From Chrysomallon squamiferum (lineage: Eukaryota > Animalia > Mollusca): DNA of 64,000 nucleotides. Positions 42,601-54,090 of this stretch are shown piece after piece. Position 1 is the first letter of the stretch, and every line of letters begins with the position of its first letter. Made by a program: the position numbers and the translations under genes. The notes under the pieces were generated by a model that worked only from the letters and a program-made list of their open reading frames with translations, was not told the DNA's origin and did not search any database. The DNA is taken from assembly GCA_012295275.1 (NCBI GenBank), contig CM022665.1, forward strand, positions 41,602,001-41,666,000, read 5' to 3'.

Positions 42601-43000
42601 GTACGTTTTCTACACGTAAATAACGTGTACGTTTCCTACATGTAATTAAACCTCAGGTAAGTCTAGACAGACTGAAACAGATATATATACACAAACGATG
42701 TCATCTTGCGTTGCCTGCAGCTGCCAAAGCAGATTTCTTTTTTTATTTTATAGAGCGTGGGAACTGTTCCTGTATATTGTACACACACCGAGTTATAACT
42801 TACAGTGATATACGTGTGTGTGTGTGTGATGTGCATTTGCGCTGAACTGTATCATACATTCTGTAGGCCTGCAGTGGCAATATCCGATAGTTTATGGGCG
42901 TTAATATGTTGTGTATTATAAATGAAAAACATTCACACAACACCCGTCATTTATTTAAACTCGTGCCAAATAGACATATGCTGATAAAAACAAACGCGCG

Positions 43001-43034
<34 letters not shown>

Positions 43035-45321
43035 GAGACATACACAAACACGTTATACATACAGATATACTTATATGCATTAAAGATAATGTTTACATAT
43101 ACACACACATACATACACATACATACATACATGCATACACACACACATACATACATACATACACACACATACATACATGCATGCATACACACACATACAT
43201 ACATACATGCATACATATATACATGCATACATATATACGTATACACATACAAACAAACACATAAACATGCATATAAGCGTACATTCGCACGTACGTACAT
43301 AAATATGAACACACATACGCCCGTAGTTACGTACCTATATTAAACACTGTTGCACACGTACTTGAGTATTTCATATATTTCCAAGCTGCATCTAATGGTA
43401 CGTTTTATTGGGAAATACTTGTGAGAATTGATTTGGCACATGGCAACCACCAGAAACAGTGTGGAACATTTTTACCACCTCTGCCGAGAATGCAAATCAG
43501 TAAATTAATCTGTGAATATAACGATTTGGTTAGCCAAACATCTGCAGATCTTATTGTCGTTTTCACACAGAATTGTATTTTTAGATATGCTTTGTTCAAT
43601 ATATGTTGCTTTAGACACAGACAGTGAGTGTATTTTGGAATCTGAAATAAATGAAAACTATATATATATAATTAATTTTTTTCTTCTAAAGTTATAATTA
43701 AGGATCAATGATCGTTTTTATGCCATTTGGGTGAACTTGCGTATGTTATGTTGGTTGTATGTGTGTGCGTGTGTGCACGTGTCTATCTCTGTGTGTGTGT
43801 GTGTGAGTGTGTCTGTGTGGTGTGTGTGTGTGTGTGTGTGTGTGGATATAGCTACCATACGCACATACATACATACATACATACATACATACATACATAC
43901 ATACATACATACATACATACATACATACATACATACATACATACATACATACATACATACATACATACATACATAAAAACATACACATACATATTTATAG
44001 GCACAAAATATTTATAAAAACATACAAACAATGAAAGATAACAGAAAGTATAATACTTAATGCATTTTTTTAAAAAAAAATTTTGACATTTATTTTACTT
44101 AACAACAGGATCTGTACATCAACGACTGCGGGCTTTTTCAGACGGTGAAGATTACCAGGGGGAGCAAACCCAGAGCGGCCCTCTGCCAGACATCATTTCC
44201 AACATCCGGGACCGTTCCGTTTCCCTTCCGGATGTCCAGTCTCTTCAGCGACAGCGAGAGATCGAAGTGGGGAGAGAACTCCGGCGCATCAGTGACGAGT
44301 TTCACTTCCGGTACCATAGCCGACGATTCCTGGTATATGTCTTTATTACGCTTCCGTTCGTCTTGTAAGATTAATTAATTAATTAATTAATTATTGTTCC
44401 TTTTAATATTTAAAAAAATAAAAAAAAAAATAAAAAAATAAAGAAAATTAGATAAATAAATATATAAGGTTTTCAAGAATGGTATCTTTTTTAATCCGAA
44501 GGATGACTTCTTTTGAAAGTGTGCCAATGATTACGTAAATAAAAACTGTATGGCTTTATTTCATGTAATTATTTCTACGTCATTATTTTATTTTTGTTTT
44601 TATTATTATTATTTTTTTTAAAATTATTATCTAGATCATTTTATTCTTATATGATTTTAACTGGTTTGTTGTATTAAATATATATATATTTTTTTTTCGT
44701 TTAAAATCTGTTGAAACTATTATTATTAACATTTATGCATGGAACAATTCTGTTTCTGTCTTTTCCTCTTCTTATTTTCTGTAGATTAAATTTAAACTGA
44801 ATAGAAATCAAAAACATATTTATAGTGCATTTGCTATTTTCTTTATTTTTAATCTATTTTACTTTATTATTATTATCATTATTATTATTATTATTATTAT
44901 TATTTTTTTTTTTTTTAACCGCCGTCAGTTCTTAATTTAAGAGATAACGTTTAAAAGGATCTGTCTAACAACCTTCCTCTTCAGCGACAATAAAACATGA
45001 ACTGAAAATCCAATCAATTATTTCAGTAATGAAATTGCTTCTTTTTTTTTCCCTTTTTTTTTTTTTTTTTTTTTCTTCTTCTTTTTTATTAACTTTCATA
45101 ATGTGATTTAGTTAGCCAAGCTAACTCATCTTTTAACTTTCTCTTCTTTTTTTTTTTTTTTTTTCATTCTTCAGCCAGCAGTTCAGGAGAATTTTGACGG
45201 GGAAGCATCTTCTTTTCCTGGCGCCAGACGACCAAGTATTAACAAGATGATGGACAGTTTAAAAATGTTTTTCTTGGGGCACAAACACGGAGAGGATCCC
45301 GGTCCTTCTGGCCCTACTTGA
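35355..45321 (+). CDS. BH3-only Bcl-2-family protein (BIM/BMF/BAD-like), 327 aa, 3 coding exons
   Basis: Exons 35355-35967 (donor G|gtaagt, phase 1), 44109-44332 (acceptor aacag, donor CTG|gtatat, phase 0) and 45175-45321 (long polypyrimidine acceptor, TGA) join without stops. Exon 2 encodes EIEVGRELRRISDEFH (BH3 LxxxxD core). Exon 1 encodes RTIGTQTP and DSGYAT. Confidence 0.85.
36054..36117. repeat. (GA)n microsatellite
   Basis: Pure GA dinucleotide run. Similar runs occur at about 36781-36852, 56444-56531, 57126-57179, 59726-59850 and 60694-60749. Confidence 0.95.
38280..38810. repeat. Compound (TAG/TAA/TGA)n trinucleotide tract
   Basis: Degenerate then pure GAT, AAT and AGT runs. These explain the spurious ORFs 38422-38616 and 38698-38898. 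Confidence 0.9.
40990..41150 (-). mobile_element. Degenerate SINE 3' portion
   Basis: Visibly similar to 59530-59690 (ctcaacac...gttatatgacgt...agggcaatcagata.gaagagaagaaac versus ttcagcat...attatgtaaggt...agggacaaacagaatatgagaaaggaggac). Confidence 0.4.
42289..42645. repeat. Minisatellite with 50-61 bp unit, about 6.5 copies, in intron of the BH3-only gene
   Basis: Three perfect 50-bp units (cacgtaaataacaattagattttctcagtaaacagcgcgtacgttttcta) at 42341-42490, two 61-bp variants at 42491-42612, and partial flanking units. Confidence 0.95.
42996..43995. repeat. (CA)n / (TACA)n / (TG)n microsatellite cluster
   Basis: Degenerate CA/TACA at 42996-43320, TG at 43758-43843 and pure TACA at about 43863-43974. 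Confidence 0.9.
44109..44332 (+). CDS. BH3-encoding exon (frame not shown in the ORF track)
   Basis: Translates as (G)SVHQRLRAFSDGEDYQGEQTQSGPLPDIISNIRDRSVSLPDVQSLQRQREIEVGRELRRISDEFHFRYHSRRFL. It is a GC-rich island with canonical splice sites. Confidence 0.88.
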
Positions 45322-45730
45322 AGCAGACGTAAAAGAAGCATGTTATTTTATTTTTATTTTTTTTTGTACGTAATTTTGCAAAAAGAACATAAAGATAAAA
45401 AAAAAAAATAATAAATAAAATAATCATCTGCCAGTGTTATACGGAATTATCTGAAGAAAAAAAACAACAACAACAACAAAAAAAAACAAAAAACAAAAAA
45501 AAAACGATGAGAATACAAGCCTGGTGTTTTACTGAGATGACGAAATGAAGATGGTCGCGTGCATGGTCGATAATGGATGGAAGAACTGAATAAAGAAAGT
45601 ATACGAAAGGACTGATGAAGTGATAAAAGGGAAAAGTAAAAAGAGAAAAAAAAAAGATAAGTTTATTGAATGTGAGAAGATTTTAAACTGAATGATGATA
45701 GAATTTGAGATTCAAAATCTTTGTAAAACG

Positions 45731-45763
<33 letters not shown>

Positions 45764-45883
45764 GTGCTATGCAATGGAAATGATAGCAACAAAATAATAT
45801 TTTTGTATCATTTTTGCCATCAATTCGTCTTTGCCTATGCACAGAAGCTCGCCGTTTTTAAAGCTTTTGGCATTTAGCAAAGA

Positions 45884-45919
<36 letters not shown>

Positions 45920-47877
45920 TTTAAAGGAGAGAAAATAATACAAATATGATCTCACATTTTCAGTGACGACATCTTAAGATAATTTTCTTTCTCAAACTGG
46001 TTTGTAAATATGTTTTTAAAAAAAACGATATCATTTCATCTTAACATTGCATGCATTACTTAACCATTGTTTGGCTTTTATTGGAAACGTTTAATCGTCA
46101 TAAATTTTTTTTTTTTTTTTTTGAATGTTATATAACCATTTATAAATTAATTGTTATTACTAGTTCATAGTTTTAAGTATTATCGAACAGTTTAAATGTT
46201 TTTGAAAATTGTAATTAATTAAGAAAACGTTTCAATTAAAAGTTAACGTAATTAATGAAGAAGAATTCGCATGTAACAAAAAAAAAAAGTTTAAGGTTAT
46301 GAAAAGCATGAAGCTCCTGTTGCACTGAAGTTTTGTCTTCATCAAGTAGTTGATTGATCGTTGGTTATGCTCTAAAGCAGGTGTTGGTTACGTTGGTTAT
46401 GCACAGTTCATTTCAAAAATAGTGTTTAATTTCAATTTGACTTTTCTTGACAAATCCTATTGATGAAGTATCTATTTGTTTAATAACTGGATTTTATCTT
46501 TTAAGAATAATGTTCATTTTCTACTTTTACCTTTCCAGAAAAATCCATCGACAAAATATCTAGTTGTTTAATAACTGGATTAAAAAAAAAAAAAAAAAAA
46601 AAAAAATCACCAAAAACAAAACTAAACTAAAACGTTAAAGAAACTGTTATTTTGTACTTCTTAGCTATATTTTATATGCCTTATGCAGTGTGACTGCTTA
46701 AGAAGACGTGAACTGTAAAAATATGGCATTGCCTTGCTTGCAGAGCCAAATGTCCACGAACATTCACTGTAGTATTTACTATTTTATGTATATTATACAC
46801 ACACACACACATTGTTCTTGTAAAATAACCACTTGTTTTATTGAAGATGAAGTTTTGCCACATATTGTAAACAAAAATTGGCAAATAATTTAATTCTTGA
46901 ACTAAAAATATGAATATACAGTGATACAGATATTAGCTAGATCAACTATCGGCGATTTTGAAGTTAGAAATAGTTAATAGACTGTCTTGAAAAAAAAAAT
47001 CGTATTTTTTGATTAGTAAGAATAATAAATATAATCTGTTGTGTGAGACCAGCTCGAATATTTAGCTTAAGCTGGTCCCACACCAGATGTTGTATTATAA
47101 CAATGTTACGAGAATTTATTTCGTCCACCAGTTTAAATACGACGTACTTGTATCTATAATTTAAATACATATATCTAACAGTCACTATTTGTCAGATAAC
47201 ATAAAGTAACTATTCATTTATTTTATTTCATTCTCCACCTGCCATAAAGTCCATTTCACGCGGTGCCTCATCTTTATGTCACATATCCTTTACGATGACC
47301 CCCGATTTTTAATAATATTCATCACGTGTTGTGACCGGTATTTTAAGCGTAAATACTTACTTGTACAAATGTGATGTATATTTTTCTGAGAACTTCCAAA
47401 AGTGCTTTCAGCATGCCGTGTTTTGTTATAAAAACAGCGGAAATGTTTAGGTAGACTGTGGCTAGAAAAAATTTGTTCGAAAGATTTTGCTCAAAAACTA
47501 GTTACATTTTGAGGGCACTTATGTTTTGTCGTCTGTTTCCGGAATCAATTGTACTTTTCCGGAAAAAACGAAACAAAAACGAAACTTCGCGAAAACACGT
47601 AAAGTTAGCATTACTTATTAAAACATTCCATTACGTACGTAGCCTGTAGGTCTGTTTGTAATATTTAGTAAAATTTATTTGTTATGCTGTATCAGTGTAG
47701 TATCGGGAAATAAACTTTTTACCTTTAGTTGAAACAGTGCTCAGTTTTAAAATACATATTTAGAGTATTGCGTAAAGAATATGAAAGGGAGGGCTATCCA
47801 CTTAACGTTAATTTAAAATTCTGTTTCAGTGAGTACGTAGGTAATAATGATGTTAATTCTGGAGATAAACAAAGCGG

Positions 47878-47922
<45 letters not shown>

Positions 47923-48738
47923 TCTGTCTCAAATTAAATTCTTCTTTTTCCAGAAATTTGTTGAAATTGCATAATTACTTGCGAAATTGCATAATAATTT
48001 TAATGTTTTGGAAATCATGTTGTTTTAATCCATAAATGTTTTTTGGTAATTTGATATTAATGAAATATAAATATATAAAGTTAATACAGACATTATGCGG
48101 ACTACAATAACATACAGAATATGTTTATATATGTGCATAATAAATGTTCATAATAAAACAATAATAACTGGACAAAAATAATAATGATGATGATAGATAT
48201 AATAATAATAATAATAATAATAGTAATAATAACGACAACAATAATAATAAAATCAGATTACAGTTAGACATAATAAATATAGATTCGATTTATTTGACTG
48301 ATCTCTTTATTTTTTTGTTTTGTGTGTTTATACTGAACTATTTTTCATGTACATAATTTTATCACTTTGTATACATTTCAGTATTTTTCCCTGTTTTTGA
48401 ACTTTGTAGAGTTTTAATTTTATTTTTGGTGCAGTAAATGGGTACATTGTTCTGTTTGTTTATGTTGGATTATGTTAAACAATTATTTATTTTGTTTTCA
48501 GATGTTAGCAGGAGAAATGTAGTCTGTTTTAAAAAGTTCCAAAAAATGTAAATTAACAGATTATGAAGTTTTGATAACAGTCTTGTGCCAAATTAGATCA
48601 TATATAGCATATTTGTTTAACAGAGTGAGAGAGAGATAATATATATTTATATATATGCCCAGCGCACTAGGCTAACAAAAAAAAAAAAAATAATAATAAT
48701 AATAATAAAAACTAAAACTAAAACATAAATAAATAAAC

Positions 48739-48773
<35 letters not shown>

Positions 48774-48844
48774 AATAATAATAATAATAAAAGTAAAAAT
48801 AACTAACTAAATAAACAGTTTATCTACAACCATCTAAACTTGTT

Positions 48845-48881
<37 letters not shown>

Positions 48882-49601
48882 TTGTCAGGTCAATAACTAG
48901 AACATGGAACTAGCCTAGTGTTCAAGCGCCAGTAATATAGAAAACTTAGATTCACATACATAATATCTGCCAAGAGAAGAAATACGTCAATCAAAAACAA
49001 ATCATTATTAATCGTTAGTCAATACAACAGTCAGTGGTCTAGTCGGTTTAAAGTTTTATTCATTTTGATCTCAACCTGAGATGTGCTCCTAATGTAATAT
49101 TGTACACTTACACTATTAAAATATATTAAAGTTTTATTACATGGTATAGAGAACGTAGTTAATAATCGCTAGTAAATATATTTCTGGCACTAGGATTTTT
49201 AATTATATTTTTTAATTAATTTTTTTTTAGCAGTTTGATTATTTTTTGAGTTAATTTTTTAATTTTTAAAATATTTAAATTTTTTTAATGTTGTTTTTTT
49301 TTTTTTAATTTGTTGTTGTTTTTTTTTTGTGTTTTTTTGGGGCAAATTTTATTTGTATGTTTGTTGTCATAATGACAAAATCAAGTTTTCCAATGATCTC
49401 ATTTTCATGGACTTCTGTTTTTGTAGTCCAGGTAAATGTTTGTTTATTTGTTCGTTTGAGCCATTACATTTTACCCCCACTGAATGTATCCCACTCCATT
49501 GTACATAATTATATCCAGGTCACAGTCCACAGTTATGCTGGGCACGGATTGTTCGAGTTCTTCATTACGTCATCGTATCGTCCTTTTTGTTATCATCGCC
49601 A

Positions 49602-49675
49602 TCAGTATTTCAGTAATAGCCAATCGCATGATCGGAAATCATCGGCCAGTTCCGCCACCCACTCGTAATCACTAA
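49602..49675 (-). CDS. Candidate terminal coding exon of an unidentified minus-strand gene
   Basis: Acceptor gttttgtag, a phase-1 frame reading SDYEWVAELADDFRSCDWLLLKY-stop, local GC enrichment, and a minus-strand AATAAA at 49448-49443. No recognisable homology. Confidence 0.35.
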
Positions 49676-51199
49676 CTACAAAACTTGGATTCAAAATTTA
49701 ATGCCGTAGATTAAAACTACTGCCAAAAATAAAGGCAATTAAAAGCATTTTATTATTATTATTATTATTATTATTTTTTTTTTTTTTTTAAATTTATAAT
49801 TCTTTCAGAACAGAAACTGCCAAAAATCGTTTCTTGGTAACTTAAGTAAAATTAACTTTGAAGGAATTTCCCGAGACGCTCGGATTTAATTTAGAAAATT
49901 TGGATCTTTTGCATTTTGTCCTGTTTTCGAGGCACTATGATATTTTATCATTAATACTATGGACAGTACCTTTGAGGAATGATCTAAAATTGTCTTCTAA
50001 GCAAATAATTTATAAACAATTTCTATAATATAATCAAATTGTATTCACGGTTTATTTGTCTAATAAGAACAAAAGAAAGCCAGGAATTATTATTGTTTTT
50101 GTTGTTTTTGTTTAGGCTGTTCTTTTATAGATATGTTTACGGGTAAATTTCATTTTTTACTTTTTTATGCCATAAACAGTAATCAAATTATTTCGTCATG
50201 ATAGTGTTTCGGTGATGTCATAAAACACACAAAAACAAAATCTCCGGAATTTTCAAAGAACCAAAATTTTTATTCAATTTTGACAAATGAATATTATTTG
50301 TTGGATTAATTCATATTATCTTTTTCTCAACTTAATTATGTTATTATCTATATTTATCTATTTAATATGATTATTTATGTATTTAATTATTAGTTTTATG
50401 TTCTTCACGTTTTCAAAAAAAAAAAAAAAATAAAATAAAATAACAATAATGTCCATAAAAATGCAGTCAGTCATATGCACCATGTTTATAATATGTTACA
50501 GTATTTGTATTAACATTTAAAAGTGCTTTTTTTAATTTTTTAATATTATTATTATTATTATTAACAAAATGTTTACTATCATCATTTGAATTTGGCGCCA
50601 GAAATTCAAGACTCAAAATATTTTCAAAGGTTACACAAACACACAACGCACATTTCTAAAATTTTAGGATACATAAAATTTCCTTTTATAAAGGATTTCA
50701 ATATTTCACAAAATTAATAATAAAAATAAAAAAAAAAAAAAAACGAGAAAAACATGCATAACATGCTTCAACATTTTAATTTTTATCTTTATCTCGTTTT
50801 CGTCTCTGTCTAGTATCATTTCATTCAAAGAGTCTACGGTTTTGGCGCCAAACGTCTGTAAACTGATTATTAAGGAGTTTAATGAAAGTCAAAATGTTTT
50901 GTTTTTTATTTGAAATATTGATGTTCATCTTAAGCCATGTCATATTTTTTCTCATCAGCAAAAGAAAATCATTTTCATATTATGGTACAAATGTCTATCA
51001 TGGGTCATACCATTATATTGTTACGAGTTCATTTTTTAAAATATTTTTTATTTTATTTTATTTTATTTTATTATTATTTTTTTTTTTTTGTGATTTAATA
51101 AGAATTCATAATTTTAATCGAAAATTCCAGAAGTTGATATTGCCATTTTTTTTTTTTATCAAAGGCATTATACTTGATCTAATATTGGATATTTCAGAT

Positions 51200-51400
51200 A
51201 TTTTAATAGAGCATATTACCATTGTTATAACTGAGAATATTACCACTGTTCTAATAATGGATACTACTGTTATTTTAATCGAAGATATTGCTATTGTTTT
51301 AATAAGGAAAAAATTGTTATAAATAAGCGTTATTACCAGTATTGTATAAGAACATATCACTATTGTCGTCATTTTGGGAAATTACCATTACTGGAACAGG
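51200..51400. repeat. Degenerate 24-bp minisatellite
   Basis: Units such as tttaatagagcatattaccattgt / tataactgagaatattaccactgt / tttaatcgaagatattgctattgt. Confidence 0.7.
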
Positions 51401-51754
51401 GGTAATATTATTTTTAAAAATAATTAAATAGTAAAGAAAGAAACGAGGGTAAAATACCCAAACAGGGCGTATTTAATAACACGTTAATTAGCATGTATTT
51501 TTGCAACATAAAGCAAACCATTATATATACGTAGAACTACAGCCGAAGTTATAAATAAATAAAAAGAGATGACTTGCAAAGATCTAAAATCAACATATTC
51601 TATCTGGAACCTTCTACGAAGGTGCAGAGGAGAATATGAATATATAAAAATATCACAATGAGAACGTCGTCTGCTTTATTCTGTATTGTCAGTAGAATAA
51701 TTAATTTGGCGCTTAAGAAAAATACATGTCTCAGTTTACGGATAATTGTGTTAA

Positions 51755-52097
51755 AGGTACTTTCATAAGGTGCAACTTATAGTAACGTCATTATTTTGTA
51801 ATATTATGTATTTAATTACCCCGACTAATTCATGCTGTAACAATGTCGATATATTAATTATTTATGTATACTATAAATTCTGATTATGTAAAAACGTAAA
51901 TAATCATAAATTATTTGGTAAGGCTTATTAAGCACTGGTGTATTTCTCAACAGCCTCTATTTATTCAGCATATCGATTATGTTTATTTATTGTAATATCA
52001 AGTAGTCATTATTTTGTATATTTAATAATTATTTATTTGACTGATGTTTAAATAATTATCTTTTCTACATGATTCAGATCTTATAATACTATTACTT

Positions 52098-52175
<78 letters not shown>

Positions 52176-52241
52176 GATGATGAAAACGATGATAATAGTA
52201 ATAAACAACGTTACTATAAATTGTTCAGTATGAAAGCACCT
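51755..52241. mobile_element. Non-autonomous TTAA-targeting DNA transposon (MITE, Kolobok-like termini)
   Basis: Structure TTAA|AGGTACTTTCATA ... TATGAAAGCACCT|TTAA: a 13-bp TIR with one mismatch, TTAA on both sides, and no coding capacity. Confidence 0.75.
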
Positions 52242-52946
52242 TTAACGATATTTGTTTTATTGTTATAGAACAACACCACGTGACAAGAAGTGCCCACCAT
52301 CGTGATGCAATAGAATTACTTTTAAGAATGAGTTCTTAAGATACGAATATGCAAATATCATTCATCAAACAGACATCTATTTTTAGAAATTTTTGACATC
52401 ATTACCATGGTTACTGTTCAGTCAAAAATGTACAGGTGATTATTATTATGTGGTCAGATGATAAATGTGGCGATGATTTAAAAAAATATATAGAAATGAG
52501 ACTCGATTCCATTTGAAAATATTTCCAAGATTTTGCTTTGCCAAATAATTTTTGGAAGATTTTTTTTTTTTCTTGAAATTTTGCTGCAACAGTTGTTTAA
52601 TAATAAAAATATAATGTATTTAAGAGTTTTGTTTTTCTTAATATCGTGCTATTTGATATGTATGCGTGTGTGTGCGTATGTGTGTGTGACTGTGTGTGTG
52701 TTGGTGTGAGTGTGTGTTTATTTTTGCTTTTTATATATTCAAAATAAAAAGTATTTTGGTGTGTATGTTTCTGCTCGTACACACACTCACACAGTCTCAC
52801 ACACACATACACGCTTATATTTTTATAGATATAAACCATGCTGTGTCTGAAAAACAGTCTCATAACAACAACAACATCAACAACAGCTTTATATACATAG
52901 CTATTGCTATATGTAATTATTTTATCATTAGCGTAAATATCCGCAC

Positions 52947-52991
<45 letters not shown>

Positions 52992-53612
52992 GTTACACAG
53001 TGTAAAGTAATCGAATCATTTCGGGTCGAACGAATCATTATCATGTCTTCTTCCTCCACTACCACACACACTGAATCTTTCCTGTCCCCCGTTAAAAGAG
53101 GATTATTGAGAATTAAGGAGACTAGGTACCTATTAGTCCGTGACAATCATACTACATATCAAAACTGTTTGACAAGCACACGGCAGCGAACATACAATTA
53201 TAAGATCATGGTGTGTTGGTTCTCTTTAGTTTCACGATATCTTTCAATGTGAAAACGAAAAATCTCCATCATTAATGATAATCTCTCGGTTTTAACGCGC
53301 TCCCGTTATCTCACTGGCTAATTGAAATCTTTTTGACATATCCAGATTAAGAGAGTACGTTAGAAGTCAGAAAATGTCAAAGGATTGGAAGTCTTTCTTC
53401 GATCTCTTTCCCATTACAACTAAATGTAGAGTATTTATTATTCTGTTTTCTCACTGGGTCGAGTGAAGTCTTCTAAAACAGGTCTCCAGATATTAATATA
53501 ATACTGGAATGTCCAGACTAATTTCTAGTTCCAGTGTTCTATGTTTGGTATATAACGTTTTATCTTATAAAAAAATTAAAGGTTTTACTTGGAAAATTTT
53601 GTGTTCGATTCC

Positions 53613-54090
53613 ATGGTTAAGGTTAATGTTAGTGCTAGGGAAAGAACTGGCGTTAGCGATAGGGTTAGGATTAGGATGGCGGTTATGGTTATAGTTATGA
53701 TTATGGTTATGGTTATGGGCTAAGGTTATGGTTATGGTTATGGTTATGGTTAAGGTTAAGATTCAGGTTAAGGTTAAGGTTAAGATTAAGGTTAAGGTTA
53801 AGGTTAAGGTTAAGGTTAAGGTTAAGGTTAGTTTCAGGGATTCGAGTACAGTTTGGATTGCAGTTAGGTTTGGGATAGCGGTTTCCGATAATGTAAGGTT
53901 TAGATTTGGAGTTAGAGCTAGTGTTACGTTTAGGGTTAGAATTAGGGTTAGGTTTACGGTAAATATTATGGTTGGGCTAGTGTTGGCGTTAGGGTTAGCT
54001 TTAATATTAGGTTTAGATTTAGGTTTAAATTTTGGGTTAGAGCTAGGGTTAAGGTTATGATCAGCGTCAGGGTTTGAATTAGGCTTAGAC
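53613..54090 (+). repeat. Interstitial telomere-like hexamer tract (GGTTAT/GGTTAA/GGGTTA variants)
   Basis: Sustained 6-bp periodicity with a GGTTA core. It explains ORFs 53728-54060 and 53763-54116. Confidence 0.85.

Noticed and set aside
42289-42645. CRISPR-like repeat array
   Set aside because: Units are head-to-tail with no unique spacers, there are no cas genes, and the context is a eukaryotic intron.
42894-44017. Cluster of His/Thr/Tyr and Cys/Val/Met ORFs (also 54879-55133 and 62211-62942)
   Set aside because: Translations of CA/TACA microsatellites.
44145-44378. ORF-track 77-aa ORF MKITRGSK...
   Set aside because: Wrong frame. The spliced frame encodes the BH3 exon.
50882-51372. 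146-aa hydrophobic ORF and its antisense partner
   Set aside because: AT-rich low-complexity sequence plus a 24-bp minisatellite, with no splice or homology support.
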